The translations under genes and the position numbers were made by a program. Shown piece after piece: positions 36,805 to 45,742 of a stretch of 58,728 nucleotides of DNA (position 1 is the stretch's first letter; every line of letters begins with the position of its first letter). This stretch comes from a virus (Duplodnaviria > Caudoviricetes), in IMG/VR virus record IMGVR_UViG_3300032046_000029, positions 1 through 58,728 of that record; one strand, written 5' to 3'. The notes below the pieces were generated by a model, which had not been told where the DNA came from, did no database searches, and was given only the letters and a program-made list of their open reading frames with translations.

Positions 36805-38304
36805 GTGATTGAGCGTGATTGGCATGGACTGTACAAAGAAGGCTGGGGCACGAGCATCGTGCCGGGGGCATTTGCTCATCCGGCAAAGTTTCGTCCCGCC
36901 CTCATTCGGCGCATCTACGCCCACCTGCTAGAACAAGGCTACCTCCAGGCGGGGCAGACGGTATTGGACCCCTTCGGCGGCGTAGCCCTGGGCGCTTTAC
37001 ACGCCATGAAGAATGGGTTGACTTGGGTTGGCGTAGAATTGGAGGAGCGTTTCGTTGACCTGGGCCAACAGAACATTGACCTGTGGAATGCCCGCTACAG
37101 TACCATGCCAGGATGGGGCCAGGCTGCTATCTTCCAAGGCGACTCCCGCCACCTGTGCGAGGTGCTGGCGGGGGCGGGGTTCGGTGCGGCATTGTCCAGT
37201 CCACCCTACAGCAGCAATACCGTACACGGCCGTTCTGGTCCGCTGGACGTGCGCTTGTTCGTGAGGAAGCCTGGCCCTAACGGGCAAATCTTCACCTGTG
37301 ACGACTATGGTGATACCCCTGGACAACTTGGCTCTATGCCTGCAGGCGACGCGCCGCAGGTGCCCAGCGCGGTGGTATCGAGTATGCCGTTTGGAGGAGC
37401 CGACCAACACACCGCTGGCGAGCCGCCGAGCGCCGTGGTATCCTCAATGCCATTCACAAACTCTCTCGCCTCAGACGATCCCGACAAAAGAGGCGGCCTG
37501 TTCCGTGACCCGAAGCGGCGCGGGGACAGGAACATGACGGGCGAGTATGGCGCAACAAAAGGCCAACTTGGCGCAATGGCGGAAGGGCAGCCGGTACAGG
37601 TACAGGGGAGCGTGAGTAGCCCGCCATATGCTGATCAGAGTATTGCTGCAGGGAGTCATGGGAAATTTGGAAATCATCATGAGCATGGAAGTTTACTTGA
37701 TCAAATGGGATATGGGGAAGGTTACTCACATAGTGAAGACAACCTGGGCAACTCTCAGGGCACCACCTTCTGGTCCGCATCTGCCGAGATCATGCGCCAG
37801 GTGTACCAGGTCCTTGCGCCTGGCGCGGTGGCAGTTTGGGTGTGCAAAGCGTTCGTGCGGAAGGGTGCGCTGGTGGACTTCCCCGGCCAGTGGCAGGCGC
37901 TCGGTGAGTCCTGCGGGTTCGAGACGGCGCAGATCATCCGCGCGTGGGTGGTGGAAGATCAGGGCGCGCAGCATACCCTGGACGGCGGCCTGGACGTGCG
38001 CAAGATCGAGCGCAAATCCTTCTTTCGCGCACTCCAGGAGTTCAAGGCGCGGGCTGCCGAGTCTTGGAAGCCCCTGAGTCGTGACGATAAGGCCCGCTAC
38101 CTGCGGCAAGCCCACCGTGAACTTTGGGCGCACTACGAGGCGCGAATACTGGAGGACACCGCCGACGGTGAGCCTCCCCGCCCCACACATGCCAGGATCG
38201 TGGCGGCGGCGCAGGCCAGCGCGTACCGAGACGCGGGCGAACCCGACATCGAGACGGATACGCAGATAGATTATGAGGTTGTGCTAATACAACGCAAGAT
38301 GTGA
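36805..38304 (+). CDS. Amino (N4/N6) DNA methyltransferase with internally repeated catalytic-motif segments
   Basis: HPAKF, VLDPFGG, GVELE, GDSR; SSPPY twice and SSMPF twice. Confidence 0.8.
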   Translation: MIERDWHGLYKEGWGTSIVPGAFAHPAKFRPALIRRIYAHLLEQGYLQAGQTVLDPFGGVALGALHAMKNGLTWVGVELEERFVDLGQQNIDLWNARYSTMPGWGQAAIFQGDSRHLCEVLAGAGFGAALSSPPYSSNTVHGRSGPLDVRLFVRKPGPNGQIFTCDDYGDTPGQLGSMPAGDAPQVPSAVVSSMPFGGADQHTAGEPPSAVVSSMPFTNSLASDDPDKRGGLFRDPKRRGDRNMTGEYGATKGQLGAMAEGQPVQVQGSVSSPPYADQSIAAGSHGKFGNHHEHGSLLDQMGYGEGYSHSEDNLGNSQGTTFWSASAEIMRQVYQVLAPGAVAVWVCKAFVRKGALVDFPGQWQALGESCGFETAQIIRAWVVEDQGAQHTLDGGLDVRKIERKSFFRALQEFKARAAESWKPLSRDDKARYLRQAHRELWAHYEARILEDTADGEPPRPTHARIVAAAQASAYRDAGEPDIETDTQIDYEVVLIQRKM

Positions 38305-38314
38305 GGAAGAATCA

Positions 38315-38515
38315 ATGGACATCGGCAAGATCATGACAGGCGACATCCTCCTGTACAAACCGCCAAAGAAACGTTACGCTCAACGCGTGACCGTAGTGGC
38401 AGTAAACATGGGAAAGCAGCGCGCTATGGTGGTACTGCAAAGTGGCAAGACAATAACTGCCCCCATCGAGCATTTTTCTCGACCGCCAAAGGCGAAGGGT
38501 GTACAGGTGTCATAA
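38315..38515 (+). CDS. Small basic protein (SH3/KOW-like)
   Basis: RBS; beta-rich pattern. Confidence 0.5.
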   Translation: MDIGKIMTGDILLYKPPKKRYAQRVTVVAVNMGKQRAMVVLQSGKTITAPIEHFSRPPKAKGVQVS

Positions 38516-38582
38516 AGAGTAATATACGCAACCTGTAGGCTATGGGTTTAGGAACATAATCGCATAGGAAAAGGAGATAAGC

Positions 38583-39203
38583 GTGAAGAAAAAGACAGGC
38601 ATGAAGATGGACATCCGCATACCAGCAGGCGATTGGCTGGAAGAATACCTGAGAGAGGAACCCGACCTCTCTACCGAAGATGCGCTGGCACAAGAAGCCG
38701 TGAGGGGTAAGCGTCACGTCCGGCAACTGGCCCGCATGCTGATCGTGGCCCAGGAACGGGGTGACATCGAAGGCATCATATCGCCACCCAAGACCTTGCT
38801 CAATACCGGTGGCGCAGTACAGGTCGCACGTATCCTCAGATCGCGCAAGATCGAGGTAGTGGCACCGAGCGGAAAAACCTACCAGGTCCGCGAACTGGTC
38901 TCAGGGTACGTGGGCGGTCCTCCAGGCGCAGAGCCGTCCGCCGGCATCGGCTTCGAGGCGTCAGTGGAGGCGGTAGGCGTAGGTACAGAAGAACCAAAGA
39001 ATGACTATACCTATCACGATATCGAAGATGAGAGAGCGTCCGATCTCGCCTACCGCTACCTGGAGACGATGATACGTAGGCATATCTGGAATCACCTGAC
39101 GATCCTGGCGAAGCACAGGGTGGACCTGGGGCCAATCGCCAAGATATTGCACGACCAGATTGATGAGATGGTGGGAGAGTTGACAGAGCCATCGACCGCG
39201 TGA
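38583..39203 (+). CDS. Hypothetical protein whose 3' end overlaps the guide array
   Basis: AAGGAG RBS; its stop TGA is the start of the first loop repeat. Confidence 0.65.
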   Translation: MKKKTGMKMDIRIPAGDWLEEYLREEPDLSTEDALAQEAVRGKRHVRQLARMLIVAQERGDIEGIISPPKTLLNTGGAVQVARILRSRKIEVVAPSGKTYQVRELVSGYVGGPPGAEPSAGIGFEASVEAVGVGTEEPKNDYTYHDIEDERASDLAYRYLETMIRRHIWNHLTILAKHRVDLGPIAKILHDQIDEMVGELTEPSTA

Positions 39204-39299
39204 AACCCAAGGGCAAGGTGCGAGCCATTTTGTGGGTGAAAACCAAGAGCGAAGTGCGAGCCAGGCAGAGAGTGAAAACCATCAACCATGTGCGACAAG
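39183..39299 (+). ncRNA. TIGR-like tandem interspaced guide RNA array (three 36-nt units)
   Basis: Alternating TGCGAGCCA and TGAAA(A/C)CCA 9-mers separated by variable 9-nt spacers. Confidence 0.85.
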
Positions 39300-39311
39300 A
39301 AAAGGAGAACC

Positions 39312-40064
39312 ATGACTAAGAAGCAGGACCGGAGACCAGACCCTAAGCCCCGCAAGCATGCCCAGTTGTGGCAGTGCTATCTGTGGTGGGATGAACTGGT
39401 GGAGATGCGCAAGCGCCACACGTTGCGTATTAGCAGCGTGGAGGCCGGCAAGTCCAACCTCGATGCGCAGTACGAGCGCGACATGATGGGTGAACTTGCT
39501 CTCGATGCACAGGTCCATAACATCAAGAAAGCTATGGTGAATTGCGGGGAGGCAGTCGGCCCCGTGTGGGATTGGCTTACCAGCATTAAGGGCCTGGGTG
39601 AAGGATCGCTGGCCGCGCAACTCCTGGCGCAGATAGATGACATCGGGAATTTTGCGACGGTGAGCAAACTCTGGCGCTTCGCAGGGTGGGCAGTCCTAGA
39701 CGGCAGGGTCGAGCGCAACCAGAAGGGGGAAAAGAGCCACTACAATCGCCGCCTCAAGTCCATCTGTTGGCTGATCGCGGACCAATTCGTCCGCCAGCAG
39801 ACGCCTACCTATGCCGGCCTGTACTATGAGGAGAAGGAGCGCCAGCGTCGCTTGCACCCTGAGAAGGCCAAGGGCGACAACGGCAAGTGGCAATTCAACG
39901 ATGGGCATATTGACAACCGCGCACGGCGTAAAGTCGCCAAGGTCTTTCTGCAACACCTGTGGGTGGTGTGGCGGCAATCGGAGGGATTGCCCGTAACCGA
40001 GCCCTACGTCCAGGCGGTGATGGGGCACACGAACATCATAGAGCCGCCATCTATGGACTTATGA
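39312..40064 (+). CDS. tasA: Nop/IS110-C-terminal-domain RNA-binding protein without a nuclease domain (TasA-like)
   Basis: WLTSIKGLG..LAAQLLAQIDDIGNFATVSKLWRFAG, YNRRLK, HIDNRARRKVAKVFLQHLW; no DEDD RuvC domain; directly follows the array. Confidence 0.8.
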   Translation: MTKKQDRRPDPKPRKHAQLWQCYLWWDELVEMRKRHTLRISSVEAGKSNLDAQYERDMMGELALDAQVHNIKKAMVNCGEAVGPVWDWLTSIKGLGEGSLAAQLLAQIDDIGNFATVSKLWRFAGWAVLDGRVERNQKGEKSHYNRRLKSICWLIADQFVRQQTPTYAGLYYEEKERQRRLHPEKAKGDNGKWQFNDGHIDNRARRKVAKVFLQHLWVVWRQSEGLPVTEPYVQAVMGHTNIIEPPSMDL

Positions 40065-40088
40065 ACATGTGGGAGTGGAGGTTTTCAG

Positions 40089-40295
40089 ATGGATAAGCAA
40101 TTACTGCGGGGATTGATTCTGGACGAGTTGAGAGAAGGCCCGGCCACGGCGTTCGGGCTGTGGTTTAAGTTCAGGGTCATGCAGAACAAGGACGTGGATG
40201 CTCAGGACGTAGAGGAAGTATTGAAGGAGATAGGGCAAGAGGGGATGATAGAGCAACGGCCACGGGAGGACCGGCCAGCCCCTATAGACTTATGA
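40089..40295 (+). CDS. Small wHTH-like protein
   Basis: GGAGG RBS. Confidence 0.55.
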   Translation: MDKQLLRGLILDELREGPATAFGLWFKFRVMQNKDVDAQDVEEVLKEIGQEGMIEQRPREDRPAPIDL

Positions 40296-40388
40296 ACCTA
40301 ATTGCACAGGATGGGCGGCTCGTTCGTTCTATGAGTAGCAGATTGACAACTGAATGAGAGTATCGAGGGCTTCGGCCTTCGCCCACCC

Positions 40389-40457
40389 GCCTGGACTGCT
40401 AGGGCATAGCGGGCCTGAGAACCCGCGAGAGGCCAGGATCGAACCTGGTACCAGGCC
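40389..40457 (+). ncRNA. Degenerate tRNA-like element
   Basis: gcctgg/ccaggc stem, gcggg-cctgagaa-cccgc arm, ccagg-atcgaa-cctgg T-like arm. Confidence 0.4.
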
Positions 40458-40482
40458 GGTGGGCGGCGACTGAGGACCGCTT

Positions 40483-40557
40483 GGGGGCGAAAAGGTGAAG
40501 CCTGCGCGAGGGCCAGGGGCCAGCGCAGAAACGCGGGATCGTTACCCGCCGCCTCCA
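40483..40557 (+). ncRNA. tmRNA tRNA-like-domain-only mimic (Ala identity)
   Basis: GGGGGCG/CGCCTCC-A acceptor stem with G3:U70, no D stem, short ctgcgc/gcgcag helix, T arm gcggg-atcgtta-cccgc. Confidence 0.6.
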
Positions 40558-40629
40558 CTTTCGGCAGTCGGGAAAGTCCGAGGCGTGGCAGCCTGGGGCG
40601 GGTAACATTCAGCAAGGAAAAGGAGAACT

Positions 40630-40809
40630 ATGACCAAGCAGAAACAGAGCAAGGAGCAAGTCCGTGAGGGGAAATGCATCACCTGTGGTGAACGCATCAC
40701 GGTGATCTATCGTAATGGCAAGGCATACCGCACTATGTGCTCTTGCCAGAACAAAGGTAATGGCCAGCGGAACCGCCAGAACTATCCTGGCATTGATGCG
40801 ATCATCTGA
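40630..40809 (+). CDS. 59-aa Zn-ribbon protein within the RNA cluster
   Basis: AAGGAG RBS; CITCG..MCSC; below the ORF-track cutoff. Confidence 0.55.
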   Translation: MTKQKQSKEQVREGKCITCGERITVIYRNGKAYRTMCSCQNKGNGQRNRQNYPGIDAII

Positions 40810-40915
40810 GCATCAAGGGCGATACCCTGCCCGTGCTACGGCACGAAGTGGTGCGATAATGCGGAGAGCCGCGCCTAGCGTGACAGCGCGGAGAGACGGC
40901 TTAACAAGTGAACAT

Positions 40916-41110
40916 GCACGGGCGGCGTGACGGCGAACACGCTGATTAGAATCTCAAGCCGGATAGCACACTTGGGAAACCGCACACGGCGAGAAGCCAC
41001 CGCTAAGTAGCGGCCCTGGGCCTCCTGGACAGGCCCGACCCGAAGTGGCTAGGGGGAACAAGTTGTCTGACAATGCCGGCAAAGTAGGTTCGATTCCTAC
41101 CCCGTGCACC
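40916..41110 (+). ncRNA. tRNA-like RNA with an expanded anticodon domain (195 nt)
   Basis: GCACGGG/CCCGTGC acceptor, GCGT/ACGC D stem, GTAGG-TTCGATT-CCTAC T arm. Confidence 0.65.
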
Positions 41111-41265
41111 TTCCGGCAGTCGGGAAAGTCCGAGGCTTGGCAAGCCGTGGTTAATATCGGACAGTAAGCGGAAGCCAGCAATATTGGAAGCCAGATCCGA
41201 AACCGACCGGATGACGTAACCGACAATAGCGTGACAGCCGGAGAGACGGCTTAACAAGTGAACAT

Positions 41266-41531
41266 GTGCGGGCGGCGTGGCGGATGACACGCAGGCTATA
41301 AAAGAAGCTGATGCCTGGGCAAATGTGGGGAACGTTAGACCCCAAAATAAAACGCAACTCAGCAGGATGTGGCCTGAATTGACAGGCTAGTGGCACTGAG
41401 GCTTCGGGAGATAAAACCGATGATACCGCAAGCAGAAGGTAGCGAGAACTGCTTGTTTGGGTGTGAGCAAGGTCAAAGTGCCCCACTTCTTAGTCCTGGC
41501 CCAGCAGGTTCGACTCCTGCCCCGCGCACCA
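41266..41531 (+). ncRNA. tRNA-like RNA with an expanded anticodon domain (266 nt), CCA encoded
   Basis: GTGCGGG/CCCGCGC-ACCA acceptor, GCGT/ACGC D stem, GCAGG-TTCGACT-CCTGC T arm. Confidence 0.7.
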
Positions 41532-41761
41532 TCCCAATAACGAGACGGGCCGCGAGTAACAGGAGAGGGTATGCCGGGTCTGGGTGTACCGGGGACTGGC
41601 CTAGCCCAAGCCGAGCCAGCGGAAAGGCGAACGAACCGGCGAGAAAGCGGCCCACTGCCAGCAGTACGACAGCAGAGGAACGGCGCTGATGGCTGGCAGG
41701 AGGTGGTACGGGGTTCCCGGCGATCTGGCAGCCGGGAGTCCACCTAAAGCGAGGAGGACAG

Positions 41762-42271
41762 ATGAACCAAAACAGGTTCGCGGAAGATGGCAATTATTGG
41801 CAGACGACAGTGCATCCGGCCAAGAGCCAGGCCGAGATCATGGAACTTCTGGAGGATTTCGGGACCTTCAACATGATCATCAGCCAGGGCCAGGCACAGG
41901 GGAAGCGAGCCTGGATGGTGCGCTTCGAGTGGAGAGGCGTAGTCTATCGGTTTGTGTTCGTCCCTCTCGAGTGCCGTGACCCGCTCAAGGAGGTTTCGTT
42001 CGGTGGCAAGCGTCGTCCGCACTCCGAGCAAGCGTACTATCAGATGGGTCGCATTGCGGTTTACTTCGTGAAAGCGATCCTGACCGCAGCAGAGACCAAC
42101 CCGGATGCGTTGTTCGGTTTCGTCGAATTGCCGGGGGCCGGAACACACGGTGGCAGCCTCCCGATAACTGCCGCGGAGTTGGGGATCGAGGGGTTGGTGG
42201 GAGCATTGCCGCCAATGGGATTCTCGCCGATGCTGAGGGCGGGGAGCATTACTATTGTCGAGGAGGAATGA
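41762..42271 (+). CDS. Hypothetical protein
   Basis: GAGGAGG RBS. Confidence 0.65.
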   Translation: MNQNRFAEDGNYWQTTVHPAKSQAEIMELLEDFGTFNMIISQGQAQGKRAWMVRFEWRGVVYRFVFVPLECRDPLKEVSFGGKRRPHSEQAYYQMGRIAVYFVKAILTAAETNPDALFGFVELPGAGTHGGSLPITAAELGIEGLVGALPPMGFSPMLRAGSITIVEEE

Positions 42272-42627
42272 CAATGCCAGAATCAACATCTGTAACATTG
42301 GACCAGGTCGAGTTCCAGCGCCTGGTCCACCTGAGTGCCGATACTCCTCTCGACGCTATGGATGAGGAGGATGCCCTGGCCTGTGAATTGATCGGCCGTT
42401 TCTTCGCCGTCAATTCCTGGCTGGCCCACTTCGCCAGCGACGTGACGCAGATCACGCTCGTAGCGTGCGATGAGAAACCGCCACGGGTCAACGTGGCCGT
42501 CGTCCGGAGGGGGATGAAGTTCGAGTGGACGACGGGGGAAGGCGGGGTCATTCCAGGCTCTCGTAGGCTGGCCCGCAGAATCTATCGGCAGTGGGCACAG
42601 GAGAAGGAGCAAGGGGATGGCGACTGA
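42268..42627 (+). CDS. Hypothetical protein
   Basis: Coupled ORF. Confidence 0.55.
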   Translation: MTMPESTSVTLDQVEFQRLVHLSADTPLDAMDEEDALACELIGRFFAVNSWLAHFASDVTQITLVACDEKPPRVNVAVVRRGMKFEWTTGEGGVIPGSRRLARRIYRQWAQEKEQGDGD

Positions 42628-42859
42628 CTTCTGTGATGGTTGCTGTGGGGATATGCATGCCCAGGTCGTGGCCCTGGATGCACGAGAGACACTCCAGATC
42701 ACTGCACCGTATCGGATGTACATCCAACAGGTGATGGCCCAGGCCGCCAGACTGCGCGAGATCGTGCGGATAACGCAGGCCGTGCAGGCCGCCGGGATCG
42801 AGATCGTCGCCGTTTCGTCGTCCCTGGGGCAGTGGCGCGATAGAGGAGGCAAGCCGTGA
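42617..42859 (+). CDS. Hypothetical protein
   Basis: Coupled ORF. Confidence 0.45.
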   Translation: MATDFCDGCCGDMHAQVVALDARETLQITAPYRMYIQQVMAQAARLREIVRITQAVQAAGIEIVAVSSSLGQWRDRGGKP

Positions 42860-43029
42860 CACTGGCGAGTCTGCTCGACACTGCTGCCATTTTTTGCGCT
42901 CTGGTCGCGATTCTAGATATGATTCTGGATTCCCCATCTGATGCACAGTGGGTGGCCTGGATCGGCCTGGCCCTGGTCGTGCTGGGAGCCATAGTCAAGA
43001 CGGATCGGGTGAAAAGAGCATAGGCTGAG

Positions 43030-43356
43030 ATGGAGCTAACGTTCAATGACCTCGTTTCGATGCTGCTGGGGGGATGCCTCGGCACGACCTTCCTAGCCCT
43101 GGCCGTGGCACTCTTCGCGCTTTGGAAAGTCTATCAGGGCCAGCAGCAACGAGAAACGGCGCGGAGACCGCAGCCTACCGAAGTTCATTGGAACATCGGG
43201 GACGTCATCACGATTCCCCGCATCCAGGCCGGGGACGTGGGAGCCTACACCGCCAAGTGGCAACGCGGTGGCTGGAAGTTCATCAGGCAGCATCCGGTCG
43301 AGGGGACGGGGCTTTTCGACCTGGACTTCGTTTATCTGGGGTACCACGGGCAATAA
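43030..43356 (+). CDS. Single-TM membrane protein
   Basis: N-terminal hydrophobic helix. Confidence 0.55.
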   Translation: MELTFNDLVSMLLGGCLGTTFLALAVALFALWKVYQGQQQRETARRPQPTEVHWNIGDVITIPRIQAGDVGAYTAKWQRGGWKFIRQHPVEGTGLFDLDFVYLGYHGQ

Positions 43357-44028
43357 TCCACATAGTATTATGAGCATAAACCCGTAGGGGCCGGGTTGCA
43401 CAAATCCGGCCCCTCGTTCGTTCTATAGGTAGATCATGGAGAAGGAGGTCCAGCAATGAAGATGAAATGCTGCGGAGAACTCCAGAAGATCGCCAGGGGT
43501 GTGTATCGTTGCAGAAAGTGCGGGCGCATGTGGATGGGCTACGAGATCGTGAGTGCTCGCAAGAGACACGGGGTAAGCATTCCGCGCGGTGTACGTATCT
43601 TACGGGCAGGGGGGCGCCGTGGCCGGGGTTAAAAGGCCAGATCGCGTCGACTTCTCCATCCTTAGCACGGGCATGGTGATCGTCCGCAAGTACGATCACA
43701 TCGCCGAGGTCGGCCACGACGACCTGCTGAGCAGCGACGAAAAACCAGTCGGCTTCGATACGGAGAAAGCACTGACCTGGTGCGAGGCCCACGGCTACGT
43801 CGTGCGCCGGTGGCCGGGCGGGGCGCGGGTCTGGAAGGCCGAGCGGCCGTGGCCCATCAGGACGCGCTCCCAGATCAAGCGCTTGCGCGAGCGGGTCGAG
43901 ACCGAGGTACGGGCCTGGTGCCAGGCCCATCCCGGCCAGAGGACAGAATCCAACCGCATGGGATTGGATTTCGCACTAGACTACTAGGCCAGGACCGGCA
44001 CCGGTAGTCTGACTGACAACTCCAGTAC

Positions 44029-44057
44029 GACGGGAGCCTCTACAGGCTCCCGTTTTT
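44029..44057 (+). terminator. Intrinsic terminator
   Basis: acgggagcct-ctac-aggctcccgt followed by a T run. Confidence 0.75.
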
Positions 44058-44116
44058 CGTCGTCCGGGGCCGGGCGAACCGCCAACCGGCGGAGCGGCCG
44101 CTGGAAGCACCCGACG

Positions 44117-45253
44117 GTGATCTACGGCTACACGCGCCTGGCCGAACATGCCACCCCAGAGCAGCCGGTCTACACCGATGTGCCCCGCATCGTGCCGGAG
44201 GAAGCGGCCGTAGTGGCGCGCATCGAGCGACTGTACCTGGCGGGAGGGCTGGGCAGTAACGCTATCGCCCGGCAGTTGAACCTGGAGCGGGTACCGTCTC
44301 CAACCGGTAAGCAGTGGCGCGGGGGCGCCATCTTGCGTATCCTCCATAGCCCGTTCTACTGCGGATGGATCGTGTGGGGGACAATGCGCCGGGCGACGGT
44401 ACTGGACCGGGAGACGGGCCGTTTCGTCTCGCGCACCGCGCCGGTCAAGTTCGTCGTGGACCTCGCGGAGCGCCTGGGCCGACCGGCGAACGTATTCGAC
44501 CTCCTGGAGCGGGCCGGCGAACTTCCCGCACACGACATCTCGGTCGTGCGGGGTTTGCATGAGCCGACCAGGTCCGAGGATACCCAGCGCGCGCTCTACG
44601 CTGAGCTGGAGCGGCGTTTCGCGATGGGCGGGAGGGCCGCGGCTACAGCGGGGCGCGCGCCCTTGTTCAGCGGCCTGCTGTACTGTGCGGATTGTGGCTC
44701 GATGCTGCTGGCGCAGTCCTGGAAGACGCGCGCGACGATCTACTACACGTGCCGGGCGCGCAAGGAGGGCGGCGCGTGTGGGAACAAGCTGTGGGTCCGC
44801 GAGGACAGATTGCTCGAGCGGGTGCTGGCCGTCCTGCAGGAGATCGCCCGCACGCCGGGGGCGATAGACGCATACCTGCGGGAGCGGGCCACATCCGACC
44901 TGGAGGATTTGCACCAGGAGCGGGACGGGTTGGCGCAGACGCTGGAGGGCCTGGAGGCCCGGCGCACACGCTGGGACGATGCCTACGAGGCGGATGTGAT
45001 CGGCCTGGCGGATTACGGCAACCGCCTGGCCGGCCTGGAGCAGGAACGGGCGGGAATCGTGGACCGCCTGGAGGTCGTCGAGCGAAGACTATCCCAGTCC
45101 CAATCCTACGAGCGCCGCCGGGATGAGATCGTGAACGTGATTCAGGGCGGGATCCCGGCTATAGAGGATCGTGCGGCGCTCAAAGCATGCCTGCGCAGAA
45201 TTATCGCGAAGATCGTCGTCGGCGGGGGGCGGATCATCGAGATCGTGATGTAG
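44117..45253 (+). pseudogene. Large serine recombinase lacking its catalytic N-terminal domain
   Basis: Begins at YGY; recombinase domain (IARQLN..ILHSPFYCG), Zn ribbon (FSGLLYCADCG..YYTC), coiled coil. Confidence 0.75.
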
Positions 45254-45405
45254 GCCCCTTTTCGTTGCACAAATCGGGGGTCTCATTCGTTCTATACATG
45301 AGAGACATTCAGTTGGGAGTATCCTGCTCCCCCTAGCGTCCACCACATTGTGGCGGGCGGCAGGGAGCGCAGGAATGCGCTATCATTCAGGAGAGGAGTT
45401 TGACG

Positions 45406-45632
45406 TGAGTGCATTGAGCAAGATTCAGGCGAAGGTAGCCGACGTGTACGGGGATGCGTCGGCGAACATCTACCGAGGCAACGATTACGACGGCACCATG
45501 CAACAGTACGGATACTGGTACCGTCCCTTCGGGCGCAACCCCATCTTCCTGGGTGCGTCCGAGGCTGAGGCCCTGGAGATGCTGGGGCAGGTCGCGGAGT
45601 CGCGGCGGGAAGCCGCGCAGGGCATTGGATGA
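45406..45632 (+). CDS. Hypothetical protein
   Basis: GAGGAG RBS, GTG start. Confidence 0.55.
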
Positions 45633-45742
45633 CAGAATCCCGACTAAGGGTCTTGGGGAGCACCTGCTCCCCTCCCTGTCCATCACCAGGTGGCGGGCAG
45701 GGAGGAGCGCAGGATGCGCTATCTCATTCAGGGAGGAAGGAC

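Noticed and set aside
39183-39299. CRISPR array
   Set aside because: Repeats and spacers are only 9 nt with two alternating repeat types, and no cas genes are present
39312-40064. Functional IS110 transposase
   Set aside because: No N-terminal DEDD catalytic domain; the adjacent periodic array fits a Tas-like protein better
40563-40590. RNase P RNA (GGAAAGTCC motif)
   Set aside because: Only the short motif matches, it occurs twice as a trailer, and the 3' P4 partner (AACAGAA..CGGCTTA) was not found
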